DNA of 64,000 bases from Anaeromyxobacter sp. (lineage in GTDB: Bacteria > Myxococcota > Myxococcia > Myxococcales > Anaeromyxobacteraceae), in NCBI GenBank assembly GCA_049840735.1, contig JASGJN010000019.1, positions 46,735 through 110,734 of the forward strand, in the 5' to 3' direction. Positions within the stretch are counted from its first letter, which is position 1; every line of letters starts with the position of its first letter. Under the pieces are notes generated by a model. That model searched no databases and was not told the origin of the DNA. It saw nothing but the letters and a program-made list of their open reading frames with translations. Positions 30,356 to 39,218 of the stretch are shown in pieces. The position numbers and the translations under genes were made by a program.

Positions 30356-31650
30356 ATGGGGCGCAAGTCACCCGATTCGCTGGATACCCTTGTCCGGGTA
30401 CCAACTGGCCATGAGTCGCAACAGCGGTGGCGGTCAGGCGCGGCAGCAGGCCTCGCGGCGGTGGCCCTGGCCTGCTCCGGCGGCGGTGAGCCGGTCGTGG
30501 CCGCGCCGGTGCCGCTCTCGCCGATGGCGGCCCTGGGCGAGCAGAATCTTCAACGACGAGGCGCTGTCCGCCTCGGGGCAGATGGCCTGCGCCTCCTGCC
30601 ACGACTCGGAGAGCTTCGGCGCGCCGCCCAACGACCTGCCGGTGCAGCTGGGCGGGCCGGGGCTCGATCAGGCGGGCACGCGGCAGTCGCCGTCGATCCG
30701 CTACCTGTCCTTCAACACGGCCTTCTTCTTCGACGGCGAGGGCACGCCCACGGGCGGCTTCTTCTGGGATGGGCGCGCGGCGTCGCTGGCCGACCAGGCC
30801 AAGCAGCCGTTCCTGAACCCGGTCGAGATGGCCAACGCCGACGCGGCCGACGTGGTGGCCAAGGTGGCGGTGGCGCCCTACGCCGAGGCCTTCCGGCAGC
30901 TCTTCGGCGAGGACGTCTTCGACGACGTGGACGGCGCCTACGAGCGCATCGCCCTGGCGCTGCAGCAGTACCAGCGCGAGGACGCCGACCTGCGCGCCTT
31001 CACCAGCAAGTACGACGCCTTCCTCCGCGGGCAGGCGCAGCTGACGCCGCAGGAGCGGCGCGGGCTGGCGCTGTTCAACTCGCCCACCAAGGGCAACTGC
31101 GCGGGTTGCCACCCCTCCGGCCGCGGGGCGGACGGGGCCATGCCGCTCTTCACCGACTTCACCTACGACAACCTGGGCGTCCCGCGGAACCCCGCCATCC
31201 CTGCCAACCAGGACCCGGACCACTTCGACCTGGGGCTCTGCGCCCGCGTGAACGGGGACCTGGCCGGGCGCCCGGACCTGTGCGGCGCCTTCAAGGTGCC
31301 CTCGCTCCGCAACGTGGCGCAGCGGAAGGTCCTCTTCCACAACGGCCGGTTCACCACGCTGCGCGACGCCCTGACCTTCTACGTCCAGCGCGACACCAAC
31401 CCGGAGAAGTTCTACCCGGTGGGCGAGGACGGCCAGGTGCGGAAGTTCGACGACCTGCCGGCGGAGTACCACCGCTACGTCAACACCACCGAGGCCCCCT
31501 ACAACCGCCGGCCCGGCGACGCCCCGGCGCTCTCCGACGCCGAGAATCGACGACGTGATCGCCTTCCTCCAGACCCTCGACGACGGCTGGATCCCGCCCG
31601 CCGTCGAGCCCGACGCCGCCTCCCTCCTCGCCGCCGAAGGACAGCCATGA
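30356..31650 (+). CDS. Di-heme cytochrome c peroxidase / MauG superfamily lipoprotein (frameshifts near 30545 and 31546)
   Basis: Lipobox-like ALAC, CASCH and CAGCH heme sites, FFWDGRA.SL.DQA..P..NP.EM, FKVPSLRNVA...FHNG; ends IDDVIAFLQTLDDG...*. Start codon uncertain. Confidence 0.85.
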
Positions 31651-32870
31651 TCCGCACCCCGCGCCGCTCCCTGCTCACCCTCGTGCTCGCCCTCGCCGCC
31701 GCCGTGATCCTGGCGCTGCCGCTGGCGCCGCACGCCGACGACGCGGTCCCCGCCGCGCCACCGCCGGCGCCCGCGCCCGCGCCCGCGACCCCGCCGGACG
31801 CGCCGCCGCCTCCGCCGCCCGCGGCCACCGGCCCGACGCTCTCCAGCTACGCCGAGATCAACTTCAACCGGCCGCGCAACCGCTCCGAGGCCACCATCGA
31901 CCTGCGCCGGTTCGTGCTGGGCTACGCCCACCGCTTCAGCGAGACCACCCGCGTGGTGGCCGAGCTCGAGGTGGAGCACGCGGTCACCTCCGCCGACGAC
32001 GCGGGCGAGGTGGCGATGGAGCAGGCGTACGTCGAGCACCAGTTCTCGCCCACCTGGGCGGGCCGGGCCGGCCTGGTGCTGATGCCGCTGGGGTTCATCA
32101 ACGAGAGCCACGAGCCGACCGCCTACTTCGGCGTGGAGCGGAACTTCGTGGAGCAGGCCATCATCCCGACCACCTGGCGCGAGGGGGCGGTGCAGGCCAT
32201 CGCCGCCTTCGGGAGCGGGCTCACCGTGCAGGGCGGCGTCGCCACCAGCTTCGACCTGTCCGCCTGGGACGCCACCTCGACCGACGGCGCCGAGTCGCCG
32301 CTGGGCTCCATCCACCAGGAGCTGATGATCGCCAAGGCCGGCTCGCTCTCCGGCTTCCTGGCGGTGGACTGGCGCGGCGTGCCGGGGCTCCGGCTCGGGG
32401 CCGCGGCGTACGGCGGCAACGCCACCCACGGCCAGCCCAACGTGCCCAAGGCCGGGGTGCTGCTCTGGGACGCGCACGCCCGCTGGACCCCGGGCCGCTT
32501 CGACCTCTCCGCCGTCTACGCCATGGGCGCCATCTCCAACACCGCCGAGCTCAACGCCACCCTGATCGGCAACCCGACGCTGGTGCCGGAGCGGTTCGAC
32601 GGCTGGTACGGCCAGGCCGGCTACAAGCTCTGGGCCTCCGGGGACATGGCGCTCTGGCCCTTCGTCCGCTACGAGCAGTTCAACACCGGCCGCAGCTACG
32701 CCGACCTGGGCGACGGCCTCACCCCGGCCGCGCGCCCGACCGAGGCGGTGCTGACGCTGGGCGCCAACTACGAGCTGACCCGCGGCGTGGTGGTGAAGGT
32801 GGACGTGCAGAAGTTCCGCGAGGACGACGACCGGAGCCGGTTCGACGTCGGCCTGGGCTGGAGCCTCTGA
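31647..32870 (+). CDS. Outer-membrane beta-barrel porin
   Basis: Own ATG and signal peptide (…APHA-DD), ELEVEHA...GEVAMEQAY, INESHEPT.YFGVER, C-terminal amphipathic strand DVGLGWSL. Confidence 0.75.
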   Translation: MIRTPRRSLLTLVLALAAAVILALPLAPHADDAVPAAPPPAPAPAPATPPDAPPPPPPAATGPTLSSYAEINFNRPRNRSEATIDLRRFVLGYAHRFSETTRVVAELEVEHAVTSADDAGEVAMEQAYVEHQFSPTWAGRAGLVLMPLGFINESHEPTAYFGVERNFVEQAIIPTTWREGAVQAIAAFGSGLTVQGGVATSFDLSAWDATSTDGAESPLGSIHQELMIAKAGSLSGFLAVDWRGVPGLRLGAAAYGGNATHGQPNVPKAGVLLWDAHARWTPGRFDLSAVYAMGAISNTAELNATLIGNPTLVPERFDGWYGQAGYKLWASGDMALWPFVRYEQFNTGRSYADLGDGLTPAARPTEAVLTLGANYELTRGVVVKVDVQKFREDDDRSRFDVGLGWSL

Positions 32871-33430
32871 TGCGGCGGCCGTCGGGCCTGGTCTTCGCGC
32901 TGGCGGCGCCGGCGGCGCTGCTCGCGCCGGCGCACGCCTACGGCGTGGAGTACCAGACCGCGGACCAGGCCCAGCGGGCGCTCTTCCCGGAGGCGGACGC
33001 GTTCGAGGAGAAGCTCGTGGCCGTGGACGCGGGGCTGCGCGCCACGCTGGAGGCCAGGCTGGGCGGCCCGCTGCGCGCCGAGCGCTGGCGCGTGCGGGTG
33101 GCGCGCAGGCAGGGCGCGGCGGTGGGCGTGGTGGTGGTGGACGACGTGATCGGCAAGTTCGACTGGATCACCTACGCCGCCGCGCTGGGCGCCGACGGCG
33201 CGGTGCGCGGGGTGGAGATCCTGGCCTACCGCGAGAGCCACGGCGGCGAGGTGCGGCTGCCGCGCTGGCGCAAGCAGTTCCAGGGCAAGACCGCCGCGGC
33301 GCCGCTGCGGGTGGGCGAGGACATCGCCAACATCAGCGGCGCCACGCTCTCGGCCCAGCACGTCACCGACGGCGTGCGCCGCATCGTGGTCACGGTGGCG
33401 GCGCTGCGGCAGGCGGGGGCGCTGCCGTGA
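32870..33430 (+). CDS. Exported FMN-binding (flavinylation substrate) protein
   Basis: Signal peptide AHA, VEILAYRESHGGEV...W..QF.GK and flavinylation motif ISGATLS. Confidence 0.85.
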   Translation: MRRPSGLVFALAAPAALLAPAHAYGVEYQTADQAQRALFPEADAFEEKLVAVDAGLRATLEARLGGPLRAERWRVRVARRQGAAVGVVVVDDVIGKFDWITYAAALGADGAVRGVEILAYRESHGGEVRLPRWRKQFQGKTAAAPLRVGEDIANISGATLSAQHVTDGVRRIVVTVAALRQAGALP

Positions 33431-34263
33431 GGCGGGCGGCGGTGCCGCACCTGTACACGCTGGCGCTGCCGGCGGGCCCACGCCCGCGCGCGCTGGAGCC
33501 TTCCGCCCCGCTCCGCCGCGCCCGCCCCGCGCTGGGCACGCTGGTGGAGCTGGGCTATCGCCCCGGCGCCGGCCGGGCCGGGGCCGCCGAGGCGGCGCTG
33601 GGCGCGGCCTGGCGCGCCATCGCCGAGGTGGAGCGCGCGCTCTCGCGCTTCGACCCCGCCAGCGAGCTCTCCCGCTTCAACGCCGCGCCGGCTGGCGCGG
33701 TCCTGCCCATCGGCGCGGACGCCGCCACCGTGCTGCGCGCCGCGGCCCACCTCCAGCGCGAGAGCGGTGGGCTCTTCGACGTGTCGCTGGGCACCGGCCC
33801 GCGCGCCTGGGCGGTCGAGGCCGCCCCGCGCGGCGACCACCTGATCAAGCGGACCTCCGAGGTCCGGCTCGACCTGGGCGGCATCGCCAAGGGGCACGCC
33901 GTCGACCGGGCCTTCGAGGTGCTCTCGGCCCACGCAGGCCCGGACGGCGCCTGCTGGGTCAACGCGGGCGGTGATCTCCGCGTGCGCGGCGCGTGCCTCC
34001 CGGTGGAGCTGCGGGACGAGCAGGGCGGTGGCACCTGGCCCTGGCTGGTGCTGGAGGACGGCGCGCTGGCCACCAGCCACCTCGCCCCCGGCGCGCGCTC
34101 GGCGCTGGCCGGCGGTCCGCCCGTGGCGCCGTGGGTGAGCGTCCTCGCCCCGCGCGGCCTGTGGGCCGACGCGCTCACCAAGGTGGTGGCGGCCACCGGC
34201 GAGGCGGAGCACCCGCTGCTCGTGGCCCTGGGCGCCTGCGCCTGGATCCACGGGGCGCGCTGA
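33427..34263 (+). CDS. apbE: FAD:protein FMN transferase ApbE
   Basis: LGT, LSRFDPASELSRFN, GLFDV, DLGGIAKGHAVD, VNAGGD, ALATS, ADALTK. Confidence 0.9.
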   Translation: MRRAAVPHLYTLALPAGPRPRALEPSAPLRRARPALGTLVELGYRPGAGRAGAAEAALGAAWRAIAEVERALSRFDPASELSRFNAAPAGAVLPIGADAATVLRAAAHLQRESGGLFDVSLGTGPRAWAVEAAPRGDHLIKRTSEVRLDLGGIAKGHAVDRAFEVLSAHAGPDGACWVNAGGDLRVRGACLPVELRDEQGGGTWPWLVLEDGALATSHLAPGARSALAGGPPVAPWVSVLAPRGLWADALTKVVAATGEAEHPLLVALGACAWIHGAR

Positions 34264-34265
34264 GC

Positions 34266-35228
34266 TCACCGCCGCGGGAAGGCGCGCTCGACCGCGTCGG
34301 CCGGCGCCAGCCCGCGGCGGGCGGCGTCGCGGGCCGCCTCGGCGGGATCGTCGAACCGGACCAGCCCGTCGTAGCGCGCGGCCGGCTCGGCCAGCGCCGT
34401 GGCCCGGCGCACGTAGGCGGCCAGCACGCGGCCGGGGTGGGCGCGGGAGAAGGCGGAGAAGATCTCCGGGTCGTGCTCGCCGGAGTCGCCCACCAGCACG
34501 AACGGCTGCGTGAACCGCTCCGCCAGCCGCGCCAGCACCGGCTCCTTGTAGCCGGAGAGCGTGCCCGGCCCGAGGTTGCGCAGGTAGAGCGACGCCGGCG
34601 GGAACCCGTGGCGCGCCAGGAAGCGGCGGATGCGCCGGGTGAGCTGCACCGGCGAGCCGGACACGATGGCGAGCGGCGGCGCGGGCTGGGCGGCGGACAG
34701 GCAGCGGTAGAAGGCGGCCATCCCCTCCACCACCGGCTGGGTCCGCGCGTCGAGCAGGAAGACCGTGCGGAGCATGGCGCGCAGGCTGGTGACGTGGGTG
34801 TGGGCCAGCGTGTCGTCCAGGTCGGAGACCAGCAGGAACGGCGCCTCGGGCGGCACCACCCGCACCACCGCCACGCCGCTCGCGCCCGGCACCGAGACCC
34901 GCGCCTGGAGCGGCCCCGCCGGGAAGGGCTGCCCGGGCGGCGCCGGGATGGCCACCTCGAACTCGCCGTCGTGGCCGGAGCGGGCCGTCACCGTCTGGCC
35001 CAGCAGCGTCACCTCCACCGGCGCGTCCTCCCAGTTGCGCGCCGCCAGCGTGCGGGTGGTGCGCAGGTAGGCCGGCCCGTGCCGCCCCTGGCGCTCGCGC
35101 TGGACGCGGCCGAAGACCCAGGCCAGGTCCGGCCGGGCCAGCGAGGGCGGGAGGATCAGCGCCGGGCCGTCGCGGAGGACCGCGCTGCGGAGCGAGGCGA
35201 GGAAGGCGGCGAGGGGAGCGGGGGGCAC
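34266..35228 (-). CDS. App1/DUF2183-like phosphatase domain protein
   Basis: LVSDLDDT, VSGSP, LVGDSGEHDPEIF. Confidence 0.8.
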   Translation of the reverse strand: MPPAPLAAFLASLRSAVLRDGPALILPPSLARPDLAWVFGRVQRERQGRHGPAYLRTTRTLAARNWEDAPVEVTLLGQTVTARSGHDGEFEVAIPAPPGQPFPAGPLQARVSVPGASGVAVVRVVPPEAPFLLVSDLDDTLAHTHVTSLRAMLRTVFLLDARTQPVVEGMAAFYRCLSAAQPAPPLAIVSGSPVQLTRRIRRFLARHGFPPASLYLRNLGPGTLSGYKEPVLARLAERFTQPFVLVGDSGEHDPEIFSAFSRAHPGRVLAAYVRRATALAEPAARYDGLVRFDDPAEAARDAARRGLAPADAVERAFPRR

Positions 35229-35275
35229 GGGGCCGGGATTGTACGCGGAGCGGCGCCGGGACGGACCCTGAAGCG

Positions 35276-35305
35276 CCGCGCGCGGCCTCGAGGGGCCGCG
35301 CGCGG
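35276..35305. terminator. GC-rich hairpin downstream of the OmpA-family gene
   Basis: ccgcgcgcggcc-tcgagg-ggccgcgcgcgg; no clear T-run. Confidence 0.35.
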
Positions 35306-35328
35306 ATGCTGCCAGGGATGCGCCGTGG

Positions 35329-35951
35329 CTAGGTCGCGTTCGGCACGTCGATGTGCAGCTCGACGCGGCGGTTCTTGGAGCGGCCGGAGGAGGTGCCGTT
35401 GTCGGCGACCGGCTTCACCTCGCCCATGCCCAGCGCGGTGATCTGCTTCTCCTGGACGCCCCGGCCGACCAGCACCCGCTTCACGGCGTCGGCGCGGCGC
35501 AGGGACAGCTCCTCGTTGGCGGCCTTGCCGCCCTGCGAGTCGGTGTGCCCCTCGATCATGATCCGGTCGTCCGAGTACTTGGCCAGGATGTCGCCCATCT
35601 CCTGCAGGTTGGTGATGGCCTCGGGCTGCAGGGCGGAGGAGCCGGACTCGAAGAGGATGTCGCCCTTCATGGAGACCAGCAGCCCGTTCTCGGTCCGCTT
35701 CACCTCGGCCGCCTTCACCTTCTCCAGATCCTTGGCCTGCTTGTCGAGGTACAGGCCCACCGAGCCGCCGGCCAGCGCGCCGACGCCGGCGCCGATCAGG
35801 GCGCCCTTCTTGCCGCCGATGAGCGCGCCCACGCCCGCGCCGGCCAGCGTGCCGGCGCCGGCGCCGATGGCGGTGCGCTTGCCGGCGGTTCGCAGGCGGC
35901 GCCGAAGGCGAGCAGGGCGACCAGGGCGGTGAGGCGAAGGGGGTTGTTCAT
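35329..35951 (-). CDS. OmpA-family lipoprotein with glycine zipper (frameshift near 35888)
   Basis: MNNPLR...GAAC lipobox, GA.IG repeats, IEGHTDS, N.ELS.RRA.AV, NRRVE. Confidence 0.9.
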
Positions 35952-36251
35952 GTCGTGTTCCTCCAGCGGCGGCGCCGCCCGTGGCGGGCGCGGTCCGCGT
36001 GTCAGCTTCGTCGAAAGGTGCCGCATCTTACCAGCCTCCCCGTGAACCCGGGCGGGCCGCTGCGAGGACCGAGCGGGCTGCGGTGCGGCGAACCGTGCTG
36101 GTTGCGCGCGCCTCACCCGCGTGGTGACATCGCGCAGGGTCAACCTCGATCGGGCGCGCGTTCTTCCCCGCGAGCCTGCGCCGCGCGGCCGCGGTAGGAC
36201 TCCACACTCCACCCTGCCACACGCCCCCACGCCCCCACGGAGCACGCCACC

Positions 36252-37045
36252 ATGACCACCTGTCGCCTCGCGCTCGCCCACCTCGCCTTTCCGCCCACCC
36301 CCGACGCGTCGGTGGCGGCGGCCGTCCAGGCCATCGCGCAGGCCGGCGAGGCGCGCGCCGACGTGATCTCGCTTCCCGGAGTGCTTCGTGCCCGGGTACC
36401 GGGTGCTGGGGCGCGCCGTCCCGGTGCCCGAGCCGGCCTGGCTGGAGCGGGCCTGGGCCCAGGTGGACGCCGCGGCGGCGCGGGCCGGGGTGACGGTGCT
36501 GCTCGGCACCGAGCGCGAGGTGGCCGGCGCGCGGCGGATCACGGTGCGGGTGGTGCGCCGCGACGGGACGCTGGCCGGCTGGCAGGACAAGGTGCAGCTC
36601 GATCCCTCCGAGGAGGCGACCTTCACGCCGGGTGACGTGCGCCACGTCTTCCAGGACGGCCCGCTCACCTTCGGCGCGGTCATCTGCCATGAGGGCTGGC
36701 GCTACCCGGGAGACCGTGCGCTGGGCGGCCCGCCGCGGCGCGCAGGTGGTGTTCCACCCGCACTTCGGCGAGGCCGAGCCGGGCAGCCACCGCCCCACCA
36801 CCTTCGGCGAGCCGGCCAACACCTTCCACGAGAAGGCCGCGCTCTGCCGCGCCGCCGAGAACACCTGCTGGTTCGCCACCGTCAACTGCGCGTCGGACGG
36901 TGCGCCCACCACCACCGCGGTGGCGCGGCCCGACGGCACGCTGCTGGCGTGGCAGCCCTACGGCACGGCTGGGCTGCTGGTGGTGGACGTCGAGCTGGAC
37001 GAGGCCACGCGCCTGCTGGCCGGCCGGCTGCGCACGAGCCCCTGA
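36252..37045 (+). CDS. Carbon-nitrogen hydrolase (nitrilase superfamily); frameshifts near 36378 and 36710
   Basis: Catalytic triad contexts PECFVPGY, QDKVQL, ICHEGW; also RAAENT.WFATVN. Confidence 0.8.
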
Positions 37046-37059
37046 GCGCCCGGCCCGGC

Positions 37060-37650
37060 TCACTCCCGCCAGCTGAACGTCGCCACCGCGCGGGCCTGGG
37101 GGCGGTCCACCTGGAACCTGACCGCCGGATCGCGGAGGCGCTCGATGTCCAGCGCGCCCAGGCAGATGCCGTGCCAGGTGACGAGGTAACCCTCGGAGAT
37201 GAACGCCTGGGGCGCGATCCCGTCCAGCACCAGCCGGGCCGAGCCGGGCCCCAGCCGCGCGAAGGACGGGGTGCAGAAGTCGCGGTAGGCCAGGGGCCAG
37301 GCGCGCGGGAGCAGCGCGGCGATGCTCCCGGGCCGCCCGGCGAACAGCCGCAGCGCGGGCTCCACCAGGCTCCGGAACAGCGGCCGGTGCACCATGCCCA
37401 CCAGCGCCTGGCGCACGCACTCGCGCGCGCGGTCGCGTCCGAAGTGGCCGACCAGGGCGTCCATGATCCAGTGGTCGTGCTCGACGTCCAGCCAGGAGAT
37501 GGCCGAGCAGGCGTCGAAGACGCGCAGGTGCTCGGGCGGGATGAGCGCGCGGATGGCGTCGCGCGACCCCGGCTCGAACCGGTCGCAGCCGTCGAGCATG
37601 TCTCGCGCGGCGCTGACGCGGGCCGCCGGGCGTCTGGGCGCCTGATCCAC
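37060..37650 (-). CDS. Uncharacterised protein, DUF2378/V4R-like pattern
   Basis: About 196 aa, SWL....D, LP.AW...Y, terminal strand ending in W. Family call is tentative. Confidence 0.5.
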   Translation of the reverse strand: MDQAPRRPAARVSAARDMLDGCDRFEPGSRDAIRALIPPEHLRVFDACSAISWLDVEHDHWIMDALVGHFGRDRARECVRQALVGMVHRPLFRSLVEPALRLFAGRPGSIAALLPRAWPLAYRDFCTPSFARLGPGSARLVLDGIAPQAFISEGYLVTWHGICLGALDIERLRDPAVRFQVDRPQARAVATFSWRE

Positions 37651-37810
37651 GCGTCGATCCTGCCAGCCGCGCTGCGGCGCGTGCAATCCCGTGGAGGCGG
37701 TCCCGCGGTCGTGGCGGGGGCGGGCGAACCCGGGCTCAGGCCGGACCCAGGTTTCCGGCCGGCCAGGTGCTCGACGGACCGTCGATCCTGCCGGATACTC
37801 CACCGGACCC

Positions 37811-38413
37811 GTGGATCACCTGCACGACCGATATCCCCGCCTCGTCGAGTACGTCCGCTCGCTCCCCGCCGGCCTCGGGAGCCACCCGGCCTGCAAGGCG
37901 CGTGGGAGCGTCCTGCACGCGGTGCTGGCGGCGGCCGGGCACGGCGCGCTGCTGGACGCGCCGCCCGAGCTGCAGCCCGTCTTCGCGCCCCCGCCGCGGC
38001 CGTGGGTGCCGGAGGTGGTGCTGCAGGCTGCGGTGCTGGGGGTGGCCGACCACCTGCGCATGGACGAGGGGAGCTTCCTGGCCTGGAACCACCAGCTCAA
38101 CCTGGAGCTCTACCAGAGCGGCGTCTACCGCGCGCTGATGGCCTTCCTCTCGCCGCGCACGCTGCTGGAGCGTGGGGCCTCGCGGTGGAGCGCCTTCCAC
38201 CAGGGGACGGTCCTCACCGTCCTCCCCGACGGCGGCGGCCGCGAGGTCTCGGCGCGGCTGGACTTCCCGCACCGGCTCTTCAACCCGTTGCTGCTCCGCG
38301 CCTACGCCGAGGCGTTCCGCGCCGCGCTGGTCCACTCGCGCGGCCGCAACCCCTCCGTCGCCGTGGCGGAGGAGGCCGAGACGCACGCCCGCTTCCTGGC
38401 GCGCTGGGAGTGA
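37811..38413 (+). CDS. Uncharacterised protein, DUF2378/V4R-like pattern
   Basis: About 200 aa, WVPE, YRALM.FLSP..LL......W..FHQGT, terminal ARFLARW. Family call is tentative. Confidence 0.5.
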   Translation: MDHLHDRYPRLVEYVRSLPAGLGSHPACKARGSVLHAVLAAAGHGALLDAPPELQPVFAPPPRPWVPEVVLQAAVLGVADHLRMDEGSFLAWNHQLNLELYQSGVYRALMAFLSPRTLLERGASRWSAFHQGTVLTVLPDGGGREVSARLDFPHRLFNPLLLRAYAEAFRAALVHSRGRNPSVAVAEEAETHARFLARWE

Positions 38414-38466
38414 TGGGCCTCTCCGGGGCCTGCCGCCGCCCCCCTCCCGTCCCGTAGGGTGGGGCG

Positions 38467-39102
38467 ATGGACAGCTACCGGCGGTTGCTCACCGAGAACA
38501 GGCGTTGGGTGGAGGCGCGCCTCGGCGAGCGGCCCGACTACTTCACCCGGCTCACCAGCGCGCAGCGCCCCGACTACCTCTGGATCGGCTGCTCGGACAG
38601 CCGCGTGCCGGCCGAGACGGTCACCGGGTGCCAGCCGGGCGAGCTGTTCGTGCACCGCAACATCGCCAACGTGGTGGTCCACACCGACCTGAACCTCTTC
38701 TCGGTGCTCCACTTCGCGGTGGACGAGCTGAAGGTGAACCACGTCATCGTCTGCGGCCACTACGGCTGCGGCGGCGTGAAGGCGGCCATGTCGCACCACA
38801 GCTACGGCCTCATCATCGACAAGTGGCTGCGCGACGTGAAGGAGGTCTACGCGCAGCACGCCCCCTCCCTCGAAGCCATCCCCGACCCCGAGCTGCGGGC
38901 GCGGCGGCTGGTCGAGCTCAACGTGGTGCAGCAGGTGCGCGACGTGGCCAAGACCGCGGTTATCCAGTCGGCCTGGAAGCGCGAGCAGCGCCCCTGGCTG
39001 CACGGCTGGGTCTACGACATGGACACCGGCCTCCTGAAGGAGCTCACGCTCCTGAAGCCGGAGGACCTGCCGGACGACATCTTCAGGTACGACGTGGAGT
39101 AG
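38467..39102 (+). CDS. can: Beta-class carbonic anhydrase
   Basis: WIGCSDSRVP, FVHRNIAN, CGHYGCGG, HGWVYD. Confidence 0.95.
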   Translation: MDSYRRLLTENRRWVEARLGERPDYFTRLTSAQRPDYLWIGCSDSRVPAETVTGCQPGELFVHRNIANVVVHTDLNLFSVLHFAVDELKVNHVIVCGHYGCGGVKAAMSHHSYGLIIDKWLRDVKEVYAQHAPSLEAIPDPELRARRLVELNVVQQVRDVAKTAVIQSAWKREQRPWLHGWVYDMDTGLLKELTLLKPEDLPDDIFRYDVE

Positions 39103-39218
39103 CGCCGGGCGGCGATCGTCGTCGGGGGACCCCTTGAGGCGGCGACCACGGGCCTGGCGCATCTCGTCGCACCGTCCGGCCACGGTCCTGGTAGGATGGC
39201 CCGCGGGGATCCTCGCAC

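Noticed and set aside
30288..32870. 860-aa peroxidase-porin fusion in the ORF track
   Set aside because: It is produced by a frameshift near 31546. The peroxidase ends at 31650 and the porin has its own ATG and signal peptide at 31647.
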